This document shows, in pieces, positions 1 through 10,234 of a DNA stretch of 64,000 nt. Source of the stretch: Oscillospiraceae bacterium (GTDB taxonomy: Bacteria; Bacillota; Clostridia; Oscillospirales; Ruminococcaceae); contig WRKM01000005.1 of the NCBI GenBank assembly GCA_009778065.1, positions 26,267-90,266 of the forward strand. The letters are read 5' to 3'. Every line of letters begins with the position of its first letter. The first letter of the stretch is position 1. The notes under the pieces are model-generated. The model was given only the letters and a program-made list of their open reading frames with translations, did not search any database and was not told where the DNA came from. A program made the translations under genes and the position numbers.

Positions 1-25
1 TTCGGGTTAAAACATGATTTCTTTA

Positions 26-54
26 TTGACAAATGAGCCATAAAAGGTTATACT
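26..54 (+). promoter_or_regulatory. sigma70/sigmaA promoter of secA
   Basis: TTGACA (26-31), 17-bp spacer, TATACT (49-54). Confidence 0.85.
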
Positions 55-89
55 ATTTAGTGTATCAACTTCTTGAAAGGAACGACAAA

Positions 90-2807
90 ATGGGTCTGTC
101 AAATCTAATTTTCGGAGATTATTCAAAAAAAGAGCTTAAAAGAATGGAACCGCAGAAAGTAAAGACGCTTGAGCTTGAGGCGGTTTATGAGAAAATGAGC
201 GATAAAGAGCTTCAGGGGCAGACGGAGATTCTCAGAAAACGCCTTGCCGATGGAGAAACCCTTGACAATATATTGCCCGACGCTTTTGCGGTCTGCCGAG
301 AGGCGATGTGGCGCGTTATTGCAATAAAACCTTATCCCGTGCAGATTCAGGGCGGAATTGTGCTTCATCAAGGCAGAATCTCCGAAATGAAGACGGGCGA
401 AGGTAAAACCTTCGTAGCGGCATTACCATCGTACCTGAACGGTCTGACGGGTGAGGGCGTACACGTCGTCACGGTCAACGATTATCTTGCAAAACGCGAC
501 AGTGACCAAATAGGTAGGGTGCATCGCTTTTTAGGGCTGTCCGTAGGTGTGATTGTGCATGAAAAGGACAACGACGAGCGTAGAGAGGCGTATGCCGCAG
601 ATATAACCTACGGTACAAACAACGAGTTAGGCTTTGATTATCTGCGCGATAATATGTGTGTACGGAAAGAGGACAAGGTTCAGCGCAGTCATCATTATGC
701 GATTGTGGATGAGGTCGATTCGATTTTGATTGACGAGGCGAGAACACCGCTCATTATTTCGGGGCGAGGCGATAAATCCTCGGAAATCTATCAGCAGGCG
801 GACAAGCTCGCACGTAGGTTGAAAATGGTTAAGGTTGTGGAACTCGACAGTAAGGAAGACCACGATGATTATAAGGGTGATTTTATTGTTGACGAAAAAG
901 CAAAAACCGCGACACTCCTTCCGGGCGGAGTCAAGAAGGCTGAAGAGTTCTTTTCGGTAGAAAATCTCATGGATTCTGATAACATGACGCTCTTGCATCA
1001 TGTAAATCAGGCTATACGCGCCCACGGTATAATGAAAAACGATGTGGATTATATAGTAGACGATGGTGAAATCGTGATAATAGACGAGTTCACGGGGCGT
1101 AAAATGCTGGGGCGGCGTTTTAACGAGGGGCTTCATCAGGCAATAGAAGCCAAAGAAGGTGTAAAAATTAAAAACGAGAGCAAGACGCTCGCGACAATTA
1201 CGTTCCAGAATTACTTCAGGCTCTACGGCAAACTTGCGGGTATGACGGGTACTGCCATGACCGAAGAGCAGGAGTTCAGAGGTATTTATAACCTCGATGT
1301 AATAGAAATCCCCACCAATAAGCCTATTGTACGCTTCGACCGTGAAGACCAGGTGCTGAAGAACGAAAGAGGAAAGTTCACGTCGGTTATCGCTCAGATA
1401 AAAGAATGTCACGAAAGAGGACAACCTGTGCTTGTGGGTACTATTTCTATAGAAAAATCCGAGTTTCTATCAAAACTGCTCAAGCGCGAGGGGATAAAAC
1501 ACGAGGTACTAAACGCAAAAAACCATGAGCGCGAGGCAGAAATTGTAGCGCAAGCGGGTAAGAAAAATGCCGTCACCATTGCCACTAATATGGCAGGACG
1601 CGGCACTGACATAATGCTCGGAGGTAACCCCGAATTTCTCGCTAAAGCTCGCATGAGAAAAGACGGAATAGAAGAAGACCTAATCATAGAAGCCACAGGG
1701 TTTGCAGAAACCGATGATGAACAAATCCTGCACGCACGCGAACTTTATAAAAAATACAATGAGAAATACAAAGAGGAAATAACCGAAGAAGCCGCGGCGG
1801 TAAAAGAAGCGGGCGGTCTGTTTATACTCGGTACGGAAAGACATGAGTCAAGGCGCATCGACAATCAGCTTCGCGGGCGTTCCGGTCGTCAGGGAGACCC
1901 GGGCGAGAGCAGATTTTTCATTTCGCTTGAAGATGATTTAATGCGTATATTCGGCGGCGAAAGAATACAGGGTATGATGGAAACCCTCAGAATTGATGAA
2001 GACATGCCGATTGAAAACAAGATACTCACAAAAACCATAGAATCTTCGCAGAAGAAAATAGAGGGTCGGAATTACTCCATCCGTAAAAATGTACTCGACT
2101 TTGACGATGTAATGTCACAGCAGAGAACGACTATTTATAATCAGCGTTCTGCGGTGCTTGACGGAGGCGATGTAAGTGACAAAATACGCTCTATGATACA
2201 GGAAACTATAAACGACGCCGTGGATACTTTCTGTCAGGGTGATGTCGCCGACGACTGGAATCTCACGGGCTTGCGCGAAAGTTGGTCGGGGGTACTGACT
2301 AATTCTTCAGATTTTAAATACACAAGAGACGAGATGAACGAAATAACCCGCGAGGATATAAAAGTAGAGCTTCAAAAACGCGGATTGGTGCTTTATGAGA
2401 AGCGTGAAGAAGAATACGGTGAGGAAATCATGCGTGAACTCGAACGGGTGATTTTACTGAAGAACGTAGACACAAAATGGATGGACCACATAGACGCAAT
2501 GACCGATTTAAAACAAGGGATTTATTTACGCTCGTTTGCACAAAGAGACCCCGTCGTTGAATACAGACACGAAGGTTTTGCTATGTATGACGAGATGATA
2601 GCTTCAATACGCGAAGACACGGTAAGGATGATACTAACGGCGCGAATCAGGCGCGAAATCCCCCTGCAAAGGGTGCAGGTAATGAAGCCTGATGCGGCGA
2701 ACGCAGGAGCGCAGACAACGATGAAAAAAACTGCGGGTGATAAAGTGGGGGTAAATTCGCCCTGTCCGTGCGGAAGCGGAAAGAAGTATAAAAAGTGTTG
2801 CGGTTAA
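90..2807 (+). CDS. secA: Preprotein translocase subunit SecA
   Basis: Motifs EMKTGEGKT, VTVNDYLA, DEVDSILIDEARTPLIISG, QLRGRSGRQGDPG and C-terminal SEC-C CPCGSGKKYKKCC. Start moved from 33 to ATG 90, which follows the SD GAAAGGA and lies downstream of the promoter. Confidence 0.98.
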   Translation: MGLSNLIFGDYSKKELKRMEPQKVKTLELEAVYEKMSDKELQGQTEILRKRLADGETLDNILPDAFAVCREAMWRVIAIKPYPVQIQGGIVLHQGRISEMKTGEGKTFVAALPSYLNGLTGEGVHVVTVNDYLAKRDSDQIGRVHRFLGLSVGVIVHEKDNDERREAYAADITYGTNNELGFDYLRDNMCVRKEDKVQRSHHYAIVDEVDSILIDEARTPLIISGRGDKSSEIYQQADKLARRLKMVKVVELDSKEDHDDYKGDFIVDEKAKTATLLPGGVKKAEEFFSVENLMDSDNMTLLHHVNQAIRAHGIMKNDVDYIVDDGEIVIIDEFTGRKMLGRRFNEGLHQAIEAKEGVKIKNESKTLATITFQNYFRLYGKLAGMTGTAMTEEQEFRGIYNLDVIEIPTNKPIVRFDREDQVLKNERGKFTSVIAQIKECHERGQPVLVGTISIEKSEFLSKLLKREGIKHEVLNAKNHEREAEIVAQAGKKNAVTIATNMAGRGTDIMLGGNPEFLAKARMRKDGIEEDLIIEATGFAETDDEQILHARELYKKYNEKYKEEITEEAAAVKEAGGLFILGTERHESRRIDNQLRGRSGRQGDPGESRFFISLEDDLMRIFGGERIQGMMETLRIDEDMPIENKILTKTIESSQKKIEGRNYSIRKNVLDFDDVMSQQRTTIYNQRSAVLDGGDVSDKIRSMIQETINDAVDTFCQGDVADDWNLTGLRESWSGVLTNSSDFKYTRDEMNEITREDIKVELQKRGLVLYEKREEEYGEEIMRELERVILLKNVDTKWMDHIDAMTDLKQGIYLRSFAQRDPVVEYRHEGFAMYDEMIASIREDTVRMILTARIRREIPLQRVQVMKPDAANAGAQTTMKKTAGDKVGVNSPCPCGSGKKYKKCCG

Positions 2808-2934
2808 TTGGCGTTTTATTGTAATCGGTATTCGCTTATGTGTTTAAAACATTTTTCACAAAAAACTGTCGAAGGACATAAAATGAAAATGCGGAAGAAG
2901 GGGTAATTATACCCGTCTTATCGCTTGATATAAA

Positions 2935-2971
2935 CGTGCGTCGGAGGCGAAAGCGTCTGACGCACGATTTT
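2935..2971 (+). terminator. Intrinsic terminator-like hairpin after secA
   Basis: CGTGCGTCGGA (2935-2945)/TCTGACGCACG (2956-2966) stem with an inner GC-GAAA-GC tetraloop, then ATTTT. Confidence 0.7.
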
Positions 2972-3016
2972 CATAAAAATATCAGATTAATTTGGGAGAA
3001 AGCGCCGAACCCCCAC

Positions 3017-3045
3017 TTGATAAAACAGGGAGAATGTGTTATAAT
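3017..3045 (+). promoter_or_regulatory. sigma70 promoter with extended -10
   Basis: TTGATA, 17 bp, TGn-TATAAT. Confidence 0.8.
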
Positions 3046-3075
3046 TAAAGAAAACAAAAAAATGAGGTAAATATT

Positions 3076-4251
3076 ATGTTAAATTTCAGCTTTTGTTCTC
3101 CGACGCATTTTGAATTCGGTAAGGGTACGGAAAAGGAAACAGGTGCGTTGATAGCGCGTTTCGGGGGTAAAAAAATCTTGCTTCATTACGGCGGCGGTTC
3201 GATTAAAAAATCGGGACTGTACGATAGGGTGACGGCGAGTTTACGCGAGAGCGGTTTGGCGTTTGTGGAGCTTGGCGGTGTAGTGCCGAATCCGGAAAGC
3301 GGATTGGTCTATAAGGGTATCGAGCTGTGCAGAAAAGAAAATGTAGATTTTGTACTTGCGGTCGGCGGCGGCTCGGCTATTGATTCGGCTAAAGCGATTG
3401 CGGCGGGTGCGGTTTACGATGGCGATTTTTGGGACTTTTTCGAGGGTAAAACTATCGAAAAAGCTCTGCCCATAGGTGTAATCCTGACGCTTGCGGCGGC
3501 GGGAAGCGAAGGCTCGTCAAACTCCGTTGTAACAAACGAAAAAACCAACGAAAAGCGCGGTTGTTACGGTGAGGTTATTCGTCCTCTCTTTTCGATTCTT
3601 AATCCGGAGCTTACGCAAACTTTACCGCACTATCAAACGGCGGCGGGTGCGACCGATATTATGGTACACGTTATTGAGCGGTATTTTTCAAACACAAAGG
3701 AAGTTGAGATAACCGACCGCCTTTGTGAAGCCGTGTTGAAAACCATGATTTATGAAACTCCGCGTGTCCTCGAAAATCCCGACAATTACGAAGCCCGCGC
3801 CAACATAATGTGGGCGGGCATGGTAGCGCATAATAATCTCTGCGGCGTAGGGCGAGAGCAGGACTGGGCAAGTCATGGGATGGAACACGAGTTGTCTTCG
3901 TTTTACGGTGCAACGCACGGAGCGGGTTTAGCGGTTATCTGTCCCGCATGGATGAAGTTTGTGAGTCGTGTTAATCCCGCTAAATTCATACAATTCGCCG
4001 TCCGCGTCTGGAATTGTCAGATGAATTTCGAGCATCCGGAAATAACTGTACGCGATGGGATTGAACAATTCGAGAATTTTCTGCGTAAAATCGGTATGCC
4101 GTCCTCGATAAAGGAATTCGGTGCTAAAGAAGAGGATATTCCGAAATTGGCGCGTCATATCGGTAGGGTAAGCGAAAGCGAAAAGAACTTCGGTGGATAT
4201 GTAAAGTTGAATTTAAGTGACGTTGAAGAAATCTACAGATTGGCGTTATAA
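3076..4251 (+). CDS. Iron-containing alcohol dehydrogenase (NADH-dependent butanol dehydrogenase type)
   Basis: YGGGSIKKSG, LAVGGGSAIDSAK, H..EHELS and HGAGLA metal-binding motifs. Confidence 0.92.
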   Translation: MLNFSFCSPTHFEFGKGTEKETGALIARFGGKKILLHYGGGSIKKSGLYDRVTASLRESGLAFVELGGVVPNPESGLVYKGIELCRKENVDFVLAVGGGSAIDSAKAIAAGAVYDGDFWDFFEGKTIEKALPIGVILTLAAAGSEGSSNSVVTNEKTNEKRGCYGEVIRPLFSILNPELTQTLPHYQTAAGATDIMVHVIERYFSNTKEVEITDRLCEAVLKTMIYETPRVLENPDNYEARANIMWAGMVAHNNLCGVGREQDWASHGMEHELSSFYGATHGAGLAVICPAWMKFVSRVNPAKFIQFAVRVWNCQMNFEHPEITVRDGIEQFENFLRKIGMPSSIKEFGAKEEDIPKLARHIGRVSESEKNFGGYVKLNLSDVEEIYRLAL

Positions 4252-4254
4252 ATT

Positions 4255-4716
4255 TTACAGCACCTTTAAAATCGGATAGCTGTGAACATAATCTTTAATA
4301 TGCGCGGGGTATTTTAAAACCCGCGCTTTTATTTTATCAGTAAGTTGTGAACCGACAAACTCCGAAAGTTCACAAAGCGTTTTTTCACCTACTTTTTTGC
4401 ATAACGGGGAGACGGTAATCACAATAAACTCACCGAGCTTCATAGCGCGAAAAGGCCAGAGCTTACAATCAAAAGGGCGGTCGTCCCCGAGCTTGCAACC
4501 GTTTTTATCCAAAGCGGGGCAAAAATATAAGCCCTTTTCGTCTCGGTTTAACTTAAAAACGCGGTTATCTCCGATTAAATTAAAATCGTATTTACCGCTT
4601 ATTAATTGCGCCAAATCATCGTCAATTACGGGGACTTCCCAGAACTCGCCCTCATAAAAGTTACAACAGAGCTTACATTCGGCACAGTCATTTTCACTTA
4701 AAAGCCTATCAAGCAT
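4255..4716 (-). CDS. YkgJ-family cysteine cluster protein (putative Zn or Fe-S binding)
   Basis: CxxCxxCC near the N-terminus, then CPAL...C...RPFDCKLWPF. Confidence 0.75.
   Translation of the reverse strand: MLDRLLSENDCAECKLCCNFYEGEFWEVPVIDDDLAQLISGKYDFNLIGDNRVFKLNRDEKGLYFCPALDKNGCKLGDDRPFDCKLWPFRAMKLGEFIVITVSPLCKKVGEKTLCELSEFVGSQLTDKIKARVLKYPAHIKDYVHSYPILKVL
4302..4335 (+). terminator. Terminator of the ADH gene, lying inside the convergent YkgJ CDS
   Basis: GCGCGGG (4302-4308)/CCCGCGC (4320-4326) followed by TTTTATTTT. Confidence 0.7.
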
Positions 4717-4742
4717 AATGATTAAATTTCGCAGAAGCGGTC

Positions 4743-6014
4743 CTATAACCCCGATAACAGGGTATTAATCCGCTCAACAAACCCTTCTTTTATATTTACT
4801 TCAGACTTTTCGCCGTCTTTCATGTTTTTTATAAAAGCAAAACCGCTCTCAAGCTCATCACTTCCCAAAACCATCGAGAACCGTGCGCCGATTTTATCTG
4901 CGTATTTCATTTGCGCGCCGAGACCTCTGCCCGTGAGGTCGGTTTCTGCCCAAAAACCACATTCACGGAGCTTTTTTACAAGCCCTGCACCCACCGTTTC
5001 AGCCGCTATATCAAGGGCGGCGATATAAAGGTCACAGGTCTTCGGCGGTGTGAAGCCGAGTCCCTCGGTCTGCATAATCATAATGAGTCTTTCGAGACCC
5101 ATTCCAAACCCTAAACCCGACACGGGATTCCCGCCGATTTCTTCAATCAAACCATCGTAACGTCCGCCCGCGCAAAACGTATCCTGCGCGCCGAGACTAT
5201 CAGATTTAAACTCGAAAACTGTGTTTGTATAATAATCTAATCCGCGTACCAAACGCGGGTTTTCGACATAATCTATTCCGAATCCGGAAAGCGAGGACTT
5301 AACAGACTCAAAATGCGGTACACACTTGCCGCAGAGATTGTGCGTTATTACAGGCGCGGTCTTATTTATTTCGCGGCAACTCCCGTTTTTACAATCAAGG
5401 AGGCGCATGGGATTTCGTAGGAGTCTTTCGGCGCATAGCGGACATAAATCTTTATTATTATAGAACTTAATCAATTCGCTTCTATATTCATTGCGACATT
5501 CGGGACAGCCGATACTGTTTATTTCGAGGCGAATATTTTTTAAGCCGAGCTGTGTGAAAATATCGCTTGCAAGGCAGATTACCTCCGCATCGGATAGCGG
5601 CTTTGTCGCACCGTAAAACTCCACGCCAAACTGTCTGTGTTCGCGAAGTCTGCCGCTTTGCGGTGCTTCGTAACGAAAACAGCTCGTGTAGTAGAATAGC
5701 TTGAGCGGTAACGCTTGACCTAAAAGCCCGTGTTCAATCGCCGCCCGCGCCGCACCGGCAGTTCCCTCGGGTTTAAGGGTCAGGCTTCGCCCTTTCTTGT
5801 CGTTAAAGGTATACATTTCTTTTTGAACAACATCGGTCGTACCCCCGATACCGCGCTGAAAAAGCTCGGTATGCTCGAAGGTCGGTGTGCGTATTTCTTT
5901 ACAGCCATAACTTTCGGCAACGGTTTTAGTAATTTTTTCGATTGTGTGCCACTTAAATATATCCGCAGGGAGTTTGTCTTCAGTACCTCGCGGGGCTTTG
6001 GTGATGAGGGGCAT
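4743..6014 (-). CDS. hisS: Histidine--tRNA ligase
   Basis: PRGTED, IRTPTFEHTELF, FRYEAPQSGRLREHRQFGVE, LVRGLDYY, GGRYDGL. Confidence 0.97.
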   Translation of the reverse strand: MPLITKAPRGTEDKLPADIFKWHTIEKITKTVAESYGCKEIRTPTFEHTELFQRGIGGTTDVVQKEMYTFNDKKGRSLTLKPEGTAGAARAAIEHGLLGQALPLKLFYYTSCFRYEAPQSGRLREHRQFGVEFYGATKPLSDAEVICLASDIFTQLGLKNIRLEINSIGCPECRNEYRSELIKFYNNKDLCPLCAERLLRNPMRLLDCKNGSCREINKTAPVITHNLCGKCVPHFESVKSSLSGFGIDYVENPRLVRGLDYYTNTVFEFKSDSLGAQDTFCAGGRYDGLIEEIGGNPVSGLGFGMGLERLIMIMQTEGLGFTPPKTCDLYIAALDIAAETVGAGLVKKLRECGFWAETDLTGRGLGAQMKYADKIGARFSMVLGSDELESGFAFIKNMKDGEKSEVNIKEGFVERINTLLSGL

Positions 6015-6044
6015 GGTTGTTCTCCTTTAATGGTTTGAAAATAT

Positions 6045-6068
6045 GAAAACGCCGCCCATAGGACGGCG
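6045..6068 (-). terminator. Terminator-like hairpin between mgsA and hisS
   Basis: Minus strand CGCCGUCC-UAU-GGGCGGCG followed by UUUUC. Confidence 0.6.
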
Positions 6069-6083
6069 GTTGTCAATTGTCCG

Positions 6084-6482
6084 TCACACCTTTATAAATT
6101 CTCTCCAGTCCAAGTCGCCGCGTTCAAGCGCATGTATCAAGGCTTCTCCTGTCGCTATGTTAGTAGCAACGGGGATATTACGCACATCACAAACGCGAAG
6201 AACATTCATATCGTTAGGCTCGCTTGACTTTGCGCTGATAGGGTCACGGAAGAAGAAAAGCACATCTATCTCATTGCAGGAAATACGTGCGACAATTTGC
6301 TCCGCACCGCCCTGAGAGCCGCCTAAATATCGTTGTATTTGCAGTCCGGTCGCTTCCTTGACTAACTTTCCCGTTGTCCCTGTGGCACATAAATTGTGCC
6401 GTGATAAAACTCCGCTGTATGCTATACAAAACTGGACCATTAATTCTTTTTTTGAGTCATGAGCGATTAACGCTATGTTCAT
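6084..6482 (-). CDS. mgsA: Methylglyoxal synthase
   Basis: IALIAHDSKK, ATGTTG, FFRDP, P.ATNIAT. Confidence 0.96.
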   Translation of the reverse strand: MNIALIAHDSKKELMVQFCIAYSGVLSRHNLCATGTTGKLVKEATGLQIQRYLGGSQGGAEQIVARISCNEIDVLFFFRDPISAKSSEPNDMNVLRVCDVRNIPVATNIATGEALIHALERGDLDWREFIKV

Positions 6483-6669
6483 AATATTCTCGCTTTCCTT
6501 TATACATGATTATATTTTTCACTTTAATATGTTTTATTGCTCCAACTATCATTATATCATAAAATTTCTCATTTTAAAATAGAAAAAGAGTATATAATAT
6601 AAAAATCGTGAAATTATTAAAATTCGAGCAATAAAAATTGTAAATAATGCACAAACAGGAGGGAAGATT

Positions 6670-8799
6670 CTATCCACCCAAAAGTCTAAGCCTTTTTTCC
6701 TCGTCCCACTGTTTCCACGGAGAGACAACTAACCCGTCCTCGTTTATGTCAGGCTCATAAGCGTCATAAAAGTATGAGTCTATTATATTACGTACAAGGT
6801 TACGGCTGAATTCACTGTTTTCGATTATTACGGCAAAGGCGATTTCGGGGTCGTCCTCAGGATAATAACCCATAATTACCGAATTATAGGTATCGTTTAC
6901 CGCTTGCGGCGTCCCTGTCTTAACAGCCGCCTTTGAGGGCAGATAGATGAGCTGTGACGTTCCGCCGACAGGCCAGAGAAGAGAATCGCCGACAGTGACC
7001 ATACCGTCATGAACCGCAGACCAAACGTCAGGACGGTCAGCGGCATAGGTAGAAACAACCTGCGGTTCGGTTTTATAGACAAGCTCCGTAAAATCATAGT
7101 TCCATACAGAGTCCACTAAAAAAGGTTTATATCTGACGCCGTGATTAGCTATAGTCGCCGCCGCAACGGCAAGGTGCAAGGGGGTGACTAAGGTTTCAGA
7201 CTGCCCGATTGCCGCCTGAATAGTGTCGCCGTCTGAGAGCGGATGCCCCATAAGCTGTTCGTAAATTTCGGGGGTCGTCATTCTGCCGGTTAGCCCACCT
7301 GTTTCGAGTCCTAAGTTCACGCCGATACCAAGGGCGTTAGTACATTCAACGAGTGCATCAATTCCCATTCTCCTGCCTATGTCGTAGTAATATATATTAC
7401 AGGAAACCCGAAGAGCGTTAACCACGTTCATAGCCCCATGCCCGCCGCGCAGGTGACAGTGCGGCTGATAATCATCGAAGAATGTGTATGTGCCGCCGCA
7501 TGGAACAGTGGAATTACGGTTAACTATGTTGTTGTTAAGCCCTGCAACGGATGTGACAGGCTTAAATGAAGAACCCGGACGGTATAATCCCGAAGAAGCG
7601 CGGTTGAGCAGGGGGGTGAGTTCGGCGTTCAGCACGGTCTCATAATTAAGGATATAATCATTAATGTCATATGTCGGATAAGAAGCAAGACCGAGTACCC
7701 GTCCTGTTTTTACATGAATCACAGCGACCGCGCCGCCCTGACTGTTTATACCGCGCATGTTATACCTTGTGTCGCTGTAGGTTTGGTCAAGGGTGCGAAG
7801 CCAGTATATGTGATTTTGGAGCATGGTCTGTAAATCCTGTTGAAAACGGCTGTCTATAGTTAGTTTTATACTGTTTCCCGGTTTTGTTGAAACCGTTATT
7901 TCATCGGAGAGTGCGACCCCTTGAAGATTTCTTTCTATTGTACGAATACCGTTATCGCCGCGTAATATACTTTCCATAGAAAGCTCAATGCCGGTTTTCC
8001 CTATTGTATCGTTAAGACTGTAGCCCTGTTCTTTGTACTCGGTATATTCTTCTGCGGAAATACGCCCGATAGAACCGCGGGTGTGTGCCATTACGCCACT
8101 GTCTAAGTAAACACGCATGGGTTCTTCGACAATGTCTACACCCGGAAGACTTACACTGCGTTCTTTTAGCGCAACTAATGTGTCGAAGGATATATCCTCC
8201 GCTAATGTAAATCTGTTATGCTGTGAAAAGTCGCGTAATTTCATTTCATAGCGTACACCCGCTACGGCGCGTGCGGTCTCAGGCTCATAATCGGTTATTT
8301 CATAATTGTCAAATAACGCTTTTATGCAGTTTTCTACAGACGCATCAATATTTACGCCTATCCCGCGTTTAAAGTCTTCTATTTCTCCCTCGCTTACATC
8401 TAAGAATGAGAAAGGCGCGGTCATGGTGATAGGTACGCTGTCTAACCATGTTTCATTATTTTCATCAAGAATCAAAAGGGTACGCCTGATGACTTCGTTT
8501 TCGCCCCCGATAGGAAGAAAGGCTCTTTGTACAATAACCTTGTATACAATATTGTTAGTGTTAAGCAACCTGCCCTCAGAATCGACAATCTGTCCTCGCG
8601 CCGCTTGAATTGATTGGGTGGCGGTAAAGCTTCGCTCTGCCAAACCCGCATAATATGCACCGTCAACAATCTGGATTTTCATAAGTCTCGTCAAACCCAA
8701 AAACCCAAACACAATCATCACAGCTATTAAAACCGCGAAACGAAACAGGAAATTCAGCTTTTCGAGTTTTTTCTCACCGGGTAATTTAGGAAGGTTCAT
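6670..8799 (-). CDS. mrdA: Penicillin-binding protein 2 (class B, elongasome)
   Basis: N-terminal TM helix, AARGQIVD, PGSSFK (SxxK), SCN (SxN), KTG; directly after mreD. Confidence 0.88.
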   Translation of the reverse strand: MNLPKLPGEKKLEKLNFLFRFAVLIAVMIVFGFLGLTRLMKIQIVDGAYYAGLAERSFTATQSIQAARGQIVDSEGRLLNTNNIVYKVIVQRAFLPIGGENEVIRRTLLILDENNETWLDSVPITMTAPFSFLDVSEGEIEDFKRGIGVNIDASVENCIKALFDNYEITDYEPETARAVAGVRYEMKLRDFSQHNRFTLAEDISFDTLVALKERSVSLPGVDIVEEPMRVYLDSGVMAHTRGSIGRISAEEYTEYKEQGYSLNDTIGKTGIELSMESILRGDNGIRTIERNLQGVALSDEITVSTKPGNSIKLTIDSRFQQDLQTMLQNHIYWLRTLDQTYSDTRYNMRGINSQGGAVAVIHVKTGRVLGLASYPTYDINDYILNYETVLNAELTPLLNRASSGLYRPGSSFKPVTSVAGLNNNIVNRNSTVPCGGTYTFFDDYQPHCHLRGGHGAMNVVNALRVSCNIYYYDIGRRMGIDALVECTNALGIGVNLGLETGGLTGRMTTPEIYEQLMGHPLSDGDTIQAAIGQSETLVTPLHLAVAAATIANHGVRYKPFLVDSVWNYDFTELVYKTEPQVVSTYAADRPDVWSAVHDGMVTVGDSLLWPVGGTSQLIYLPSKAAVKTGTPQAVNDTYNSVIMGYYPEDDPEIAFAVIIENSEFSRNLVRNIIDSYFYDAYEPDINEDGLVVSPWKQWDEEKRLRLLGG

Positions 8800-8807
8800 A
8801 AATTCTC

Positions 8808-9386
8808 CTAATCATTATTTTCAGATTCTTCAATTTCGGGGAACCTTTCTTTTTCCTGCTCCCTGAAACGCGAAGAAATAGCTCTTATTATAAAATACAC
8901 AGCAGGCGAAAGTAAAACTGCCGTCGAATATGACGGTATTATGTAACGAGTTAAAATTATATCGGAGTTAGGCTCGTCCCAGATTAAGTGGTTGAAAAAG
9001 TATTCCATGAACGCCATTATGAAACAAGTGACAGCCACCATCCACAGGTGGTTAATAAAATTAGGACGCATGAGGTGCATTATGAGCAAAGAAACCGCTA
9101 AAGCACACGGCATAAGCCATATGCTCGACATACCGAAAAGGTTGCCGCAGGCAACATCTAATACAAGACCGCAAAAAGCCCCAAAAAGCGCGCTCCCGAA
9201 CTCCCGCTCAAACATCGACACGGCAAGCACGAGCGGAATCACTAAGAGCGGTTGCCAACTTGAGAAAAAACCGCCCGTCATAAGCATATAAAACAGAATT
9301 AAAAGCAGAATATAGCACGTCCAACGGAGAAATGATTTTTTCGCTAAACGGCGTTTATGACCTAAACCGAGTCCCGAATACATCAC
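8808..9386 (-). CDS. mreD: Rod shape-determining protein MreD
   Basis: Multi-TM protein with GAFCGLVLD; position in mreBCD-pbp2. Confidence 0.85.
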   Translation of the reverse strand: MMYSGLGLGHKRRLAKKSFLRWTCYILLLILFYMLMTGGFFSSWQPLLVIPLVLAVSMFEREFGSALFGAFCGLVLDVACGNLFGMSSIWLMPCALAVSLLIMHLMRPNFINHLWMVAVTCFIMAFMEYFFNHLIWDEPNSDIILTRYIIPSYSTAVLLSPAVYFIIRAISSRFREQEKERFPEIEESENND

Positions 9387-10231
9387 GGAGTAACCCCCTG
9401 CCCCTCAAAAGAGGTTATTACAAACACGTCGGTAATACGTAATATGTTCTCGGACGGCTCTATTTCTGCGAGAAGAGAAAGTCCGTTTTCGTGCGGGAAA
9501 ACCCTGACAACGGCACCCACGATAAGACCGGCGGGATACATACTTCCGCCTGAAGTAACCAAGACGTCGCCGACCTTCAGTCCGCTGTCTAATTTAACAT
9601 GCCTCATCAGACACCTTCGGTCTGATGAATATAAAATATCGTTTTCGATTATTCCTACTACGCCTCCGGACGCAGTTTTCACGCCTATATTTATTTCGGT
9701 TGATAAAATCGTTTTGACCCTTGAATAAGTAGGTGCAACCTCTGAAACTATACCGACCAAGCCTACCTCGGTGATTACGGGGTCATCGGGCTTTATACCG
9801 TGGTTTGAGCCTTTGTTAACAGTAAAATCCCCCGAAATGCTCATTGCTTCGTGTGCGATTACCGCCGCGGGTAGTGAAAGAGTAAGGTCATCTCGCTCGG
9901 CGACGATTCCGAGCATTTCATGCAGACGCTCATTTTCTTCTATCAGGGCTTCTTTATCCATAATCTGCGCATACAACTCGGTTAGACGGCGATTTAGGTC
10001 ATCGTTTTCTTTTTTATATTTATCGGCGTTTACAAGTTTGTCAAGTGTGCCGCTGACCCAATCGGAAATGGAGGTCGCCGCAGACGAAAAAGGACGGGTT
10101 ACAGTACGAAGAATGGTTTCAGGAAGACCGACCACACCCGAACTCATAGCCGCTTGAAGCATCAGCCCGAAAAGTAAGGCGAAAACGCAAAGCAATACTT
10201 TAAATCTGGCACTTTTTATAAAATCTTTCAG
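9383..10231 (-). CDS. mreC: Rod shape-determining protein MreC (probable CTG start at 10231)
   Basis: TM helix, coiled coil (ENERLHEML), NKGSNHGIK, GDVLVTSGG..YPAGL. The frame stays open up to CTG 10231, which sits 8 nt after AGGAGG. Confidence 0.9.
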   Translation of the reverse strand: MKDFIKSARFKVLLCVFALLFGLMLQAAMSSGVVGLPETILRTVTRPFSSAATSISDWVSGTLDKLVNADKYKKENDDLNRRLTELYAQIMDKEALIEENERLHEMLGIVAERDDLTLSLPAAVIAHEAMSISGDFTVNKGSNHGIKPDDPVITEVGLVGIVSEVAPTYSRVKTILSTEINIGVKTASGGVVGIIENDILYSSDRRCLMRHVKLDSGLKVGDVLVTSGGSMYPAGLIVGAVVRVFPHENGLSLLAEIEPSENILRITDVFVITSFEGQGVTP

Positions 10232-10234
10232 CCC

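Noticed and set aside
6015-6083. T-box leader for hisS
   Set aside because: The 69-bp gap holds only a terminator and an SD; no T-box motif.
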